A stretch of 64,000 bases of DNA from an uncultured Spirochaetota bacterium (GTDB lineage: Bacteria > Spirochaetota > Brevinematia > Brevinematales > JAOACQ01). Below are positions 37,966 through 47,959 of this stretch, in pieces. The position numbers and the translations under genes are program-made. The notes below the pieces were generated by a model, which saw nothing but the letters and a program-made list of their open reading frames with translations, made no database searches and had not been told where the DNA came from. Position 1 is the stretch's first letter; each line of letters begins with the position of its first letter. The DNA lies in contig CAVYGN010000001.1 in the NCBI GenBank assembly GCA_963768055.1, forward strand, positions 1,280,001-1,344,000, written 5' to 3'.

Positions 37966-39590
37966 TGGCTGAAGGAAAAAATATTCCAGGTTACTGGCTG
38001 CTTGTGCTTCATTCTCATCTTCCATTTGTAAGGCATCCGGAATATAATGATTCCCTTGAGGAAAGATGGCTTTATGAAGCTATACTGGAAACCTATATTC
38101 CGCTTTTGGATGTACTTGAAAGACTTTATGATGAAGGGATAGATTTTAAGTTGACAGTTTCCCTAACCCCTCCCCTTTGCGCTATGCTTTCCGACCCTCT
38201 GCTACAGAACAGGGCGTTAAGGTATATTGAGAAAATGCTCGAACTCGCGGAAAAGGAGAAAGTTCGCACAAAGGATTTACCGGAATATAACAGGACCGCT
38301 AATATGTATCTCGAAAGGTTCAAAACAGCGAGGGAAATCTTTGCCGGACGCTACAGCAAAAATATCCTTAACGGTTTTAAAAAATTTCAGGATATCGGCA
38401 ATATCGAGATCATTACATCGAGCGCCACACATGGCTACCTGCCTTTAATGAGCGCCCACCCTGAGGCTGTCAGGGGACAGGTTCTCACGGGGATAAAGGA
38501 TTATGAAAGATATTTCGGTAAAAAACCTTCCGGTATCTGGAACAGCGAATGCGGATATTATCCCGGACTTGAGAATATTCTTAAAGAAGGAGAAATTCGG
38601 TATTTTTTTGTCGACACGCATGGAATGCTATATGCGGATAATTATCCTAAATACGGCGTATTCGCTCCGTTATCAACTAAAAACAACATAGCGTATTTCG
38701 GCAGGGATACCGAAACATCGCATTCAGTATGGAGCGCAAAGGAAGGTTATCCGGGAGACCCGAATTACCGCGAGTTTTACCGGGACATAGGTTTCGATCT
38801 CGATTATGATTATATTAAACCATATATTCATGAAAGCGGGTTGCGAATTTCCACCGGTTTCAAATATCATAAAATAACAGGCGTGACCGTTCCGATGGAA
38901 AACAAACAGCCTTACGATCCTCTTAAAGCTTCCAAAAAAGCAGTTGAGGATGCTATTCATTTCGTATTCAGAAGAGAGGAACAGATCGCAAGCCTGAGAG
39001 TAAAAATGGACAGAGAGCCTGTTATAGTTTCCCTTTACGATTCCGAATTATTCGGACACTGGTGGTATGAAGGCCCGGAATTTATATATAATTGCCTGAA
39101 ACTGATGAACGGCAGCAAAACTATCAGGAGTATAACGGCTTCTGAATATCTTGAAAAATTTCCATCCAGCCAGGTTGCAACCCCGCCGATGTCCAGCTGG
39201 GGTTATAAAGGATACAACGAATTCTGGCTTAATGAGGCCAATGACTGGATTTACTTCCACTTAGACGACATGACGGAAAATATGATAAAATTGGCTGACA
39301 AAGACAAAAATAATATTACGGCCCTGGAGAAGAGAGCCCTTAACCAGGCTGCGAGGGAGCTTTTACTGGCTCAATCGTCAGACTGGGCTTTTATTATGAA
39401 GACCAATACGATGGCTCAATACGCAGCGCGCAGGACAAGAGAACATATATGCCGTTTTAATAAACTTTATTCGATGATAAATTCCGATAATATAGATGAT
39501 GAGTGGCTGGCATGGCTGGAAGAAAGGGATAATATATTTCCACTAATTGATTACAGGGTATACAGGCGGGACCGGGGGCATAATGGTTGA
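37965..39590 (+). CDS. GH57-family 1,4-alpha-glucan branching enzyme-like protein
   Basis: VLHSHLPFV, ETYIPLL, ATHGYLP, W.SECGY, YDSELFGHWWYEG, LLAQSSDW. Confidence 0.9.
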   Translation: MAEGKNIPGYWLLVLHSHLPFVRHPEYNDSLEERWLYEAILETYIPLLDVLERLYDEGIDFKLTVSLTPPLCAMLSDPLLQNRALRYIEKMLELAEKEKVRTKDLPEYNRTANMYLERFKTAREIFAGRYSKNILNGFKKFQDIGNIEIITSSATHGYLPLMSAHPEAVRGQVLTGIKDYERYFGKKPSGIWNSECGYYPGLENILKEGEIRYFFVDTHGMLYADNYPKYGVFAPLSTKNNIAYFGRDTETSHSVWSAKEGYPGDPNYREFYRDIGFDLDYDYIKPYIHESGLRISTGFKYHKITGVTVPMENKQPYDPLKASKKAVEDAIHFVFRREEQIASLRVKMDREPVIVSLYDSELFGHWWYEGPEFIYNCLKLMNGSKTIRSITASEYLEKFPSSQVATPPMSSWGYKGYNEFWLNEANDWIYFHLDDMTENMIKLADKDKNNITALEKRALNQAARELLLAQSSDWAFIMKTNTMAQYAARRTREHICRFNKLYSMINSDNIDDEWLAWLEERDNIFPLIDYRVYRRDRGHNG

Positions 39591-41637
39591 AAAAAATTGG
39601 AAATCATTTGACACCGCCATTCTTTATGTCGAAGATGACGAGGATACAAGAAACGGCGTCGCCGAGTTTCTAAACCTTAAAATCAACAGGGTATACGTTG
39701 CAGCAAATGGACTTGAAGGAATCGAGTGCTACAAAAAATACCATCCGGAAATTATAATCACCGATATAAAAATGCCTGTAATGAACGGCCTTGAAATGAT
39801 AAAACAGATAAAATCGATAAACCCCGAGGTTGCTTTTATAATAATAACGGCTTATAACGAAAGCCAGTTTCTCCTTGACACGATAGAACTAGGTGTCAAT
39901 CATTTCCTGCTAAAGCCTATCAATGAGAAAAAACTCCTGGTCTCTATTGAAAGCTGTATGAAAGTATTTACTCTTGAACAGGAGTTTAACAATATCACCA
40001 AAATGCTTTCTGAATATAAAAAAGCCATAGATTCTTCGAATATAGTTTGTAAATTCAATTCGAAAGGCATCATAACTTATGCGAACAATTCTTTTTACCG
40101 TATATGCTGTTCCGGTCCGGAACAAGTGATAGGGAAACCTTATCTAAGTGTAATCAGCCATGAAACCAGCCTTGAAAAAATAAAGAATATCATTAAGGTT
40201 TCTTCCCGAAATAATATCTGGACCGGGGAAATAAAAGGCAAAACTTTTACAAATAATGTTTACTATCTCAATATGACTGTCATACCTATCAGGAACGCAT
40301 ATTACAAGATCGAAGAATTCATGAGCATCGGCAATGAGATAACTGAATTGATTGAAAAAAGAGAGGAGCTCATAAAGCAGTTATATATTGACAGGCTGAC
40401 GGGTTTTCCTAACAGGAGAAAACTGCTCGAGGATGTCGAAAAAACCAAATACCCCATACTTATTATAATAAACATAGATTCTTTCCAGGAAATCAACGAT
40501 TTCTACGGTAATGATATCGGGGATTTTTTAATACAGGAAATGGGATTAAGGCTTAAGAACGTACTCCCGTCGGATGATTACAGCCTTTATAAGATGCCGG
40601 CAGACGAATACGCGATACTCTTTGACAAGGATATCTGCCGGGATGAGTTTGAACAGATGATCCAGGTCCTTATGAAACTCTTCCGCGAGGAAATAAGTGA
40701 AAAGGATTTTGTTTATCATGGAATTATAGTGCATATTACCATAGCTATAGGCATCGCTATGGGCAGTGAGATAGATCCGGTTAAAAATATTGAAGGAAAA
40801 TGGCATAACCTTGCCCTGAACGCCGATATGGCGCTTAAAAAAGCGAAAAGACTTCAAAAAAACTATATCATCTTCAATGAATCGATGCAGATTTCCAAGG
40901 AATATGAATATAATATAAGCTGGGCAAAAAAACTGAAGGATTCAATAAGAAGCGACAATATAGTCCCCTATTTCCAGCCGATCCTTAACAATCATACTAA
41001 TAAAATTGAAAAATACGAATGCCTGGTAAGAATGATAGACATCGACGGTAAAGTTCATTCCCCGCTCTTATTTCTGGATATGGCTAAAAAATCAAAATTA
41101 TATCACGATATAACAAAAATCATGATAATTAAATCGATAGAAAGGTTCACCGATAAAAATTATGAGTTCTCAATAAATCTTTCCGTCGATGATATACTGG
41201 ATGAAGAAACGAATACTTACATAATAAAGAAGCTTAAAGAGAACGACCGCACCGCCTCGAGATTGGTATTTGAAATACTTGAGTCTGAAGGTATAGAAAA
41301 TTATACGCAGGTCAAATCTTTTATCGATGAAATCAAACAGTATCAATGCAAAATAGCAATTGACGATTTCGGAACAGGTTATTCGAACTTTTCCCACATT
41401 CTACAGCTTAACGTGGATTATATTAAAATAGACGCATCCCTGACCAGATACATTCATCAGGATAAAAACTCTCAGATCATTACCCAGACTATTGTCGATT
41501 TTACAAAAAAATTGAATATTAAAACTATCGCGGAATTCGTCCATTCAAAGGAAGTTTTTGATAAGGTATGTGAAATCGGAGTTGATTATTCTCAGGGATA
41601 TTATTTCGGCGAGCCGAAAAGTACATTATTGCCTTAA
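39583..41637 (+). CDS. REC-PAS-GGDEF(degenerate)-EAL phosphodiesterase
   Basis: YVEDD..TDIKMPVMNG; PADEY in place of GGDEF; YECLVR, EILE, IDDFGTGYSN, IKID, AEFV. Confidence 0.88.
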   Translation: MVEKNWKSFDTAILYVEDDEDTRNGVAEFLNLKINRVYVAANGLEGIECYKKYHPEIIITDIKMPVMNGLEMIKQIKSINPEVAFIIITAYNESQFLLDTIELGVNHFLLKPINEKKLLVSIESCMKVFTLEQEFNNITKMLSEYKKAIDSSNIVCKFNSKGIITYANNSFYRICCSGPEQVIGKPYLSVISHETSLEKIKNIIKVSSRNNIWTGEIKGKTFTNNVYYLNMTVIPIRNAYYKIEEFMSIGNEITELIEKREELIKQLYIDRLTGFPNRRKLLEDVEKTKYPILIIINIDSFQEINDFYGNDIGDFLIQEMGLRLKNVLPSDDYSLYKMPADEYAILFDKDICRDEFEQMIQVLMKLFREEISEKDFVYHGIIVHITIAIGIAMGSEIDPVKNIEGKWHNLALNADMALKKAKRLQKNYIIFNESMQISKEYEYNISWAKKLKDSIRSDNIVPYFQPILNNHTNKIEKYECLVRMIDIDGKVHSPLLFLDMAKKSKLYHDITKIMIIKSIERFTDKNYEFSINLSVDDILDEETNTYIIKKLKENDRTASRLVFEILESEGIENYTQVKSFIDEIKQYQCKIAIDDFGTGYSNFSHILQLNVDYIKIDASLTRYIHQDKNSQIITQTIVDFTKKLNIKTIAEFVHSKEVFDKVCEIGVDYSQGYYFGEPKSTLLP

Positions 41638-41648
41638 AGGTATAAGCG

Positions 41649-42818
41649 ATGAAAAAAAGCCGGACCGACTCAAATCCCGCGCTGAAAAAAGCGCTGGAGC
41701 TCTTTAAAAAAAAGGGAAACTCGCAGGATTACAAACGCTTAATTGAGATTTTAGACACCTACATCGAACTTCATCCGGAGGACCTGCTTGCTCAAAAACT
41801 GATCTCTTTTTCACTTATAGAAATAAAATCATTCGAGGAGGCTTATCTCTATTTTAAAAGGATCTGTCAGTCGGCGCCTGATGAAACCGATGTCCTTAAT
41901 GCGCTTGCATGGCTGGGATTGATGGAAGGCAGGACCGAAGAATCCATTAACCACTTACTGGACGCTATTTATATTGATAAAGATAATCCCCAGCTTAAGA
42001 AAAACCTTGAAAAGCTCAAGAATATCAAAGACCCGAAGGTTTTTTTCAAAATGTCCAGGCCAAGAGATTTTTTATTTGTCAATCTGCCGAAAGAAAACCT
42101 CCTTGAAACGATTCAAAACAGGATAACGGACATCCTTTCATTCCCCATGATAAGGTCTGCGATTTTAATCGGCGCTGTTATACTTGCCGGGTTTGTTATT
42201 TATTATAATTATCCCGGGATTATCAATATCATAGAGGATTACCGGTTTAAAAAAGGGCTCGGCCAGGGACGCGTCACGCATGTCACAATCCAGGATATCA
42301 ATAAGATCATAGATGAAAGAAAACAATACAATATTAAGCTTTCCGAAGCTGATATAAAGAAAAAATTTCAGCTTGTAAGCGATTATATTGAGCAGAAGAA
42401 AAGAAATCAGGCAATGATGCTTATCAACGAGCTTCTCAACTCTAATGCAAGCGATTATATTAAAGAGAGGGTCCTTGTCCTTAAAGAAGTCATGCCGGAC
42501 ATTGATCTGAACAGAATTGATTACCTTCCTTCAGTTCAGGAGGTAAACAGGATTCCATTCTTATACCAGGATGTATATATCCGCTGGTATGGAACTGTGG
42601 CAAATCTCGAGCATAAAGAAAGAAAAGAGACTGTCTTCGATCTTCTTATTGATTTCGTTGAGAACGCTGTCGTTGCAGGCATTGCCGAGTCTCACTTCGA
42701 TGGATTCCAGAATGTCGCCAGCGGCGAAAAAGTGGCGGTTATCGGTCTTGTAACCGGCATAACACTGGATAACAAGATAATTGTAAAGGGCGTTCAAATT
42801 CAAAGATTGGAAAAATAA
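41649..42818 (+). CDS. TPR-containing membrane protein
   Basis: N-terminal TPR-like helices, one central TM, C-terminal beta-rich domain. Confidence 0.7.
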   Translation: MKKSRTDSNPALKKALELFKKKGNSQDYKRLIEILDTYIELHPEDLLAQKLISFSLIEIKSFEEAYLYFKRICQSAPDETDVLNALAWLGLMEGRTEESINHLLDAIYIDKDNPQLKKNLEKLKNIKDPKVFFKMSRPRDFLFVNLPKENLLETIQNRITDILSFPMIRSAILIGAVILAGFVIYYNYPGIINIIEDYRFKKGLGQGRVTHVTIQDINKIIDERKQYNIKLSEADIKKKFQLVSDYIEQKKRNQAMMLINELLNSNASDYIKERVLVLKEVMPDIDLNRIDYLPSVQEVNRIPFLYQDVYIRWYGTVANLEHKERKETVFDLLIDFVENAVVAGIAESHFDGFQNVASGEKVAVIGLVTGITLDNKIIVKGVQIQRLEK

Positions 42819-42825
42819 AACTCAA

Positions 42826-44121
42826 ATGATAAAATTTTTCATTGAAAATTACGGTTGCCAGATGAATTCCTCGGAAAAAGATTCACTGCATTTGAATTTA
42901 TTGGAAAACGGTTTTATCGAGGCCGCCGGCCCTTTTGAAGCCGATGTCGCCATTATCAATACCTGCTGCGTAAGAAAAACAGCGGAAGAACGGATCGAAG
43001 GCAGACTTGGTTATTACAGGGGTTTGAGGGACAAAAAAGGTTCATCCGTCAAAGTGGTCTTTATGGGATGTATGGCTCAGAACAGGGGCAGGGAAATTAT
43101 GGACAGGTTTCCCGACGTAGTCGCCGCTGTCTGGGGTACTTATAATAAAGACAGCGTAATTGAATTTATCAAACAACTTTCCGATAATTTCAACTATCTT
43201 GACCAGAAAACCTACCGCTTCATGGAAGCAGCCCCGGAAACCGGCCATAGGTTTAAAAGCTATGTTCCTATCTCACATGGTTGTAATAATTACTGCAGTT
43301 ACTGTATTGTCCCTCATGTCAGGGGGAAAGAGGTCTGCCGCAAATCCGGGGATATAATCGATAACATACAGGCCCTTATTGATAAAGGGGTTTTAGAAGT
43401 GACCCTCCTTGGCCAAAACGTTAATTCTTACAGGGACGGCAGAATAGATTTTCCCGAGCTCCTTGACAAAATATCGATTAAGACCGGAATACAACGCCTG
43501 TCATTTTTGACTTCTCATCCCAGGGATTTCTCAAAGGCCCTGGCGGATGTAATAAAAACCCATGATAATATATTAAAAACTGTCCACCTGCCCTTGCAAT
43601 CCGGTAATGACCGTATACTCTCACTCATGAACAGGAATTATACTTTTGATCAATATCTTGAAAAAATAGGATGGGTAAAAGAAATACCCGGAGTTTTCAT
43701 AAGCACCGATATAATAACAGGATTCCCTACTGAAACTGACACGGAATTCCTGGACACTCTTAATGCGATGAAGATTATCAGGTTTGATGAAGCCTTTATG
43801 TATTATTATAATCCGAGAAAAGGTACGCCGGCATGCAGTTTAAAACCTATTTTAACCATTGAAATCAAGAAACAAAGGCTTGCAGTTCTCATAAAACTCC
43901 AAAAACAGATCTTAAGCGAAAGGCTGTCACATTATATTGGATTTAAAACAAAGGCATTGATGGAATCGGTCAGCAGAAAGGATCCTAATGAGTTAACAGG
44001 ACGTTCTCAGAACGGCTTGATGGTTTTTTTAAAGGGAAATGAAAGTATGATCGGCAGGATACTTCCTGTAGAAATGGTTAGCCCAAGCGGTATGGGCCTC
44101 AAGGCGAAGATCATAGTGTAA
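42826..44121 (+). CDS. miaB: tRNA-2-methylthio-N6-dimethylallyladenosine synthase MiaB
   Basis: YGCQMN, NTCCVR, GCMAQ, CNNYCSYC radical-SAM motif, LGQNVNSY, TSHP, C-terminal TRAM. Confidence 0.93.
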   Translation: MIKFFIENYGCQMNSSEKDSLHLNLLENGFIEAAGPFEADVAIINTCCVRKTAEERIEGRLGYYRGLRDKKGSSVKVVFMGCMAQNRGREIMDRFPDVVAAVWGTYNKDSVIEFIKQLSDNFNYLDQKTYRFMEAAPETGHRFKSYVPISHGCNNYCSYCIVPHVRGKEVCRKSGDIIDNIQALIDKGVLEVTLLGQNVNSYRDGRIDFPELLDKISIKTGIQRLSFLTSHPRDFSKALADVIKTHDNILKTVHLPLQSGNDRILSLMNRNYTFDQYLEKIGWVKEIPGVFISTDIITGFPTETDTEFLDTLNAMKIIRFDEAFMYYYNPRKGTPACSLKPILTIEIKKQRLAVLIKLQKQILSERLSHYIGFKTKALMESVSRKDPNELTGRSQNGLMVFLKGNESMIGRILPVEMVSPSGMGLKAKIIV

Positions 44122-44140
44122 ACTCTTTCAACTCCCTGAT

Positions 44141-44337
44141 GGGCACTTCTAAAAACCGTCTTTCCACCGGACAAGCCGGTACAGGCAAGACGGTAAGGTA
44201 GTGCTTGCGTTTATACGCAAGTATAAATGCACCTGTCCTGGGGACTGGCACCAGGCCAGGCACCAGGGCCCGTTGGGCGATTTTTTAAAATTTAGAATTC
44301 TAATTGTTAATAACAAAGTTGGTTTTTAGAAACGTCC
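44141..44337. mobile_element. GGGC-ended MITE-like element (subfamily B) with several nested hairpin modules
   Basis: TIR gggcacttctaaaaacc/ggtttttagaaacgtcc; contains accggacaagccggt, cttgcgtttatacgcaag and gcacctgtcctgggg...ccaggcaccagggc. Confidence 0.75.
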
Positions 44338-44439
44338 TAATGATTTTTCAAAACAGGCAAGTTTTTTGACAAAATTACTGTTTCGATTCAAAATACTCAG
44401 TACGTTTTTAAAACGTTTGATTAATATCCGGGAGGAAAT

Positions 44440-44898
44440 ATGTCTAAAGACAATACTATGCATATCGATGAAAGTATGGTCGATACCGTTCTGGCAGAAG
44501 ACATTAATTTTCAGGGAACAATGAAGTTTACAAAATCCCTGATGATCAAGGGTAAATTCGAGGGTCAGATCGATGCTTCAGGCCACCTTATTATAGGCCC
44601 GAACGCGGCTGTCGGGGCTACAATCAAAGCGGGAGTCATTACCAATTACGGCCAGATCAATGGAAATGTCGAAGGCACAGAAAGGGTCGAATTGTACAAT
44701 CACGCAAAGCTTACAGGGGACATTAAGACGCCCGAAATTATTATCGAAAGCGGGTGTAATTTCAACGGCAACTGTGTTATGAGCGACAAAAAGCATGTCC
44801 AGGCGCCTGTCAGCAGCCAGGCTTCTCCACAGACTTCACAGGCTTCACAGGCCCAGAGTTCCTCAACTTCCGGCCAATCGCAAACCCATAGAAGATAA
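44440..44898 (+). CDS. Bactofilin (polymer-forming cytoskeletal protein)
   Basis: DTVL...FQG.M.F...LMIKGKFEGQI, GDIKTPEIIIESGCNFNGNC. Confidence 0.9.
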   Translation: MSKDNTMHIDESMVDTVLAEDINFQGTMKFTKSLMIKGKFEGQIDASGHLIIGPNAAVGATIKAGVITNYGQINGNVEGTERVELYNHAKLTGDIKTPEIIIESGCNFNGNCVMSDKKHVQAPVSSQASPQTSQASQAQSSSTSGQSQTHRR

Positions 44899-44919
44899 CT
44901 GACAATTTAAATTCAGTCC

Positions 44920-44952
44920 CGTCCCTCACATTTATGCGGGGGACGTTTTTTT
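44920..44952 (+). terminator. Rho-independent terminator after the bactofilin gene
   Basis: cgtccctcacat-tt-atgcgggggacg hairpin followed by T7. Confidence 0.7.
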
Positions 44953-44996
44953 GTACAATCGCATAATGTTTTTTATAAAAAAAGAACTGAGGATAC

Positions 44997-45067
44997 GAAC
45001 CACAGATTTCACTGATGGCACAGATTGTTATTTTGGAATTATCAGTGAAATCATTTCCTAATTATTA
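44997..45067 (+). repeat. Left end (L) of 9-mer-bracketed cassette A
   Basis: gaaccacagatttcactgatggcacagatt...ctaattatta, colinear over ~70 bp with 59924-59994. Confidence 0.8.
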
Positions 45068-45269
45068 TTCCGCTAAGACATAAATGCTAAGATTCACTGT
45101 CCGGCCAGAGTGGGGGAAATACCCTACCCCGCCCTGCAACATCAAAATTTTAATGAAAAATTATAGCCACTGATACAAAATAAATTATTTTGTGATAATA
45201 TTTCTATAAAGAAAACAGTGGCTTTATAATAAACGAAAGATCAAGCCCACCTCTGCCTGGGAGTTGTAT

Positions 45270-45683
45270 ATGAAAAGAATGGAAATTTTATTGTTATTGA
45301 TTGCACTTACAGGGTGTTCGATAAGTCCAGGATCAAATTCTAATACAACTACTTGGTCTTATTCATCGGTTTCAGGAGTAATCTGTCCTGTGGGTTCTTA
45401 TTCAATCACTCCATCTAGTATCGCTACTAACCTTTTGTTAAATCATTTTGGTCCTGAAATAAAATCTAATCATACTCAGACTATTTATTATTTTTTGGGA
45501 GCAACTAATTCACTTATAAATAAAGAAGATATTAGTATTTTGTATGCCTGTGAACAAACTCCTATTATATTTAATAATAAATATCTGGATGTGGTAGATG
45601 AGCATTCATCAGTTGATAATACTTATATAGCCATTATGAACGTGGATGGTACAAATAATATAATAGCAATTATAGGACCATGA
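45270..45683 (+). CDS. Hypothetical lipoprotein (cargo of cassette A)
   Basis: MKRMEILLLLIALTGC lipobox; AT-rich. Confidence 0.7.
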   Translation: MKRMEILLLLIALTGCSISPGSNSNTTTWSYSSVSGVICPVGSYSITPSSIATNLLLNHFGPEIKSNHTQTIYYFLGATNSLINKEDISILYACEQTPIIFNNKYLDVVDEHSSVDNTYIAIMNVDGTNNIIAIIGP

Positions 45684-45769
45684 AACAGTTTCTAGAATGG
45701 TTCTTTAATTAATTAAGCAATAGAAATATGAATCCGCTATAATTGAGATCGCGTTCACATTTGCTGTGA

Positions 45770-45950
45770 TTATTCCTTTTTTTTCCCAAGAATGCATGAA
45801 CCTAAATTTTTATCTTTAAAGAATTGATAAACAAATAGAAGTGTGCCAAAGATACCCACCATAGTCGCTATTGCATTCTCAATAAGATCATTTGTGTAGA
45901 ATAATATAAAATATGTTATCAAAGAAGATATAATCAGGAAAAATATTATG
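45770..45950 (-). pseudogene. Membrane-protein gene remnant (cargo of cassette A)
   Basis: Start-less frame IIFFLIISSLITYFILFYTNDLIENAIATMVGIFGTLLFVYQFFKDKNLG... Confidence 0.35.
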
Positions 45951-46030
45951 GGTCATCCGCCTGAATCATACTTAATTTGAAAAAAGTGGACATAGAAGTT
46001 ACCCTAATTATTGTCCTTATCAAAAAACAA

Positions 46031-46090
46031 TATGGATTTCATACTGATTTCACAGATAAATCCGTGCAATCTGTGTTAATCTGTGGTTTC
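46031..46090 (+). repeat. Right end (R) of cassette A
   Basis: tatggatttc...gatttcacagataaatccgtgcaatctgtgttaatctgtggtttc; homologous to 60629-60677 and inverted relative to L. Confidence 0.8.
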
Positions 46091-46102
46091 AGTTTTGCGG
46101 CT

Positions 46103-46915
46103 TCAGTCCTCAAGTTCGAGAGTTTTTAAAAGATTCCTGAAATCATGAGGTATAGGGGCAGTTAAGGTAATATCCCTGCCTGTAAAGGGACACTTATAAA
46201 ATATTTGATACGAATGGAGCATCTGGCGGCTTACAATTTTAAGCAGCGGATCGGATATTTTTTTTAAGCCGAATTCCTTATCGCCGACTATCGGATGGCG
46301 GATTGACGAAAGGTGGATTCTTATCTGATGTTTCCTGCCTGTAACCGGTTCAACCCTGAAATAGGAGAAACCGTTCCTTTTTCCGATTAAAAAAACCCTT
46401 GTCAAAGCGGTTTTTCCATCGACTTCTCTATCAATTACAGTATTTTTGAAAACAGCCTCGTTATGCGAAATCGCAAGATACACCTTCCTTACTGACTTTT
46501 CCTTCCATATTTTTTTAAAGGCCTCAAAATATTGTTGTTTTTTAGCAAAAAGTATAGCTCCGGTAGTGTCCCTGTCAAGACGGTGGATTGCTTTTATTTC
46601 AATGTCATATCTTTTCCGTATTATCGATTCAAGCGATGCATTATTGTTATCAGAAATTATCCCTGAGGGTTTATTAACCGCTATGACAAAATCATCTTCG
46701 AAAATTACTGAAAATTCTGTGTTTATCTTTTTTTCCGGCTCGAATTCGATAATATCGCCGTTTTTTAACATATGGCCGGCCATCCATATCCGCCTGTTGT
46801 TGACAAACACACGGCGGGTATCAATGATCGCCTTTGCTTTTTTTTTTGAAATAATTAATTCTTTTGACAGGTATGATACCAGGTCAGTTTTATCTTTTAC
46901 TGTCCGGCGCTCCAT
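46103..46915 (-). CDS. RluA-family pseudouridine synthase
   Basis: VNKPSG, HRLDRDTTG, TGRKHQIRIH, HPIVGD, QMLHS. Confidence 0.93.
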   Translation of the reverse strand: MERRTVKDKTDLVSYLSKELIISKKKAKAIIDTRRVFVNNRRIWMAGHMLKNGDIIEFEPEKKINTEFSVIFEDDFVIAVNKPSGIISDNNNASLESIIRKRYDIEIKAIHRLDRDTTGAILFAKKQQYFEAFKKIWKEKSVRKVYLAISHNEAVFKNTVIDREVDGKTALTRVFLIGKRNGFSYFRVEPVTGRKHQIRIHLSSIRHPIVGDKEFGLKKISDPLLKIVSRQMLHSYQIFYKCPFTGRDITLTAPIPHDFRNLLKTLELED

Positions 46916-47158
46916 TTATTCTCTTTCTTTATCCCCTTCAAAACTTATGGCCAGGCCGGCAATCACTGTGGCTATACCGATAATGACTACCGAGATTGAA
47001 AAAAAAGCAAAGGTGCTGTCATAATTAGTCGTAATAAAACTTATAAGAAAAAAACCGAAATAAGTAAGCAGTATACCGGTGATAATCATTATCCAGTTCT
47101 GCTTTTTCATTAAACTTCTTTTCATCTGCCACGCTCCCGCTTCAGGATAATAAAACAT
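46916..47158 (-). CDS. Small two-TM membrane protein (start uncertain)
   Basis: Two hydrophobic helices; stop abuts the rluA-like start. Confidence 0.6.
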   Translation of the reverse strand: MFYYPEAGAWQMKRSLMKKQNWIMIITGILLTYFGFFLISFITTNYDSTFAFFSISVVIIGIATVIAGLAISFEGDKERE

Positions 47159-47202
47159 AATAAATTATAATTCATATTATAAAAATATTCAAAATTCTTT
47201 AC

Positions 47203-47312
47203 GGGCAGTTCTAATATCTCAAGAATATTACCATTTATAATAATATGTTTCTGTTTAACTTAATATGCATGCCCTATGGGCGCTTCCTATCCGAAGGTTT
47301 TTAGAAGCGCCC
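47203..47312. mobile_element. 110-bp GGGC-ended MITE-like element (subfamily A, reverse orientation)
   Basis: Reverse complement differs from 61731-61840 at about 7 of 110 positions (manual count); abuts the TAA of the neighbouring gene. Confidence 0.85.
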
Positions 47313-47675
47313 TTATCTGAATAAGAGAAGTATCCCGATAACGCAGAATACGACTCCGGCCGCCTTGTAAAGGTTGAAAGTCTCGCCCAGGAACAAAACT
47401 GCAAATACAAACAAAAGAACGATAGCGCCGATACTGATTATTGGAAAAGCGACGTTAAGCTCGATTTTTGAAAGCGCAACCGCATAGGGAACAAAAGACA
47501 TGAGGGACAGGAAAGCCCCTGTCAAAAAGAGGGGATTCGATAATATCTTCATGATCGAAGCCGTCATATTGCCTTTCAGATCGACAGCCCCTGTCTGGTT
47601 CATTCCTATTTTTATCAATAACTGCGATACGACATTCAATGCTATCGACAGCAAAAGTAAAAGTTTATAAGCCAT
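47313..47675 (-). CDS. SMR/EamA-like 4-TM transporter
   Basis: SQLLIKIG, ALSKIELNVAFPI, FLGE. Confidence 0.8.
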   Translation of the reverse strand: MAYKLLLLLSIALNVVSQLLIKIGMNQTGAVDLKGNMTASIMKILSNPLFLTGAFLSLMSFVPYAVALSKIELNVAFPIISIGAIVLLFVFAVLFLGETFNLYKAAGVVFCVIGILLLFR

Positions 47676-47740
47676 ATCATTCTCCCGTTAATTAATAATA
47701 TTTTATCGGCGGTTTTTTTAATGTTACGAGTAATCAGATA

Positions 47741-47846
47741 TGTCATTTCGAGGACCCGGCCGGGGGACGAGAAATCTTCCCTGGGGAGGATTTCTCCCCG
47801 CTAGAGCGGGATAAACCCTCAGGGTAAACCTTTCGGTCGAAATGAC
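47741..47846. repeat. TGTCATTTCG...CGAAATGAC palindromic element
   Basis: Inverted homologue of 16744-16871 including the gggataaaccc module; followed by ttactca/ttaccca/ttacttg heptamers. Confidence 0.8.
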
Positions 47847-47892
47847 GATCTTCTTACTCATTACCCATTACTTGTATTCGTTACTTGTATTC

Positions 47893-47921
47893 TTGACAGC
47901 AAAATAAAAGCCTTCTATAAT
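47893..47921 (+). promoter_or_regulatory. Consensus sigma70 promoter of cimA
   Basis: TTGACA-17 bp-TATAAT. Confidence 0.8.
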
Positions 47922-47959
47922 CTTACTTTCTTCATAACCGGTTATATTGGAGGCGTTTA

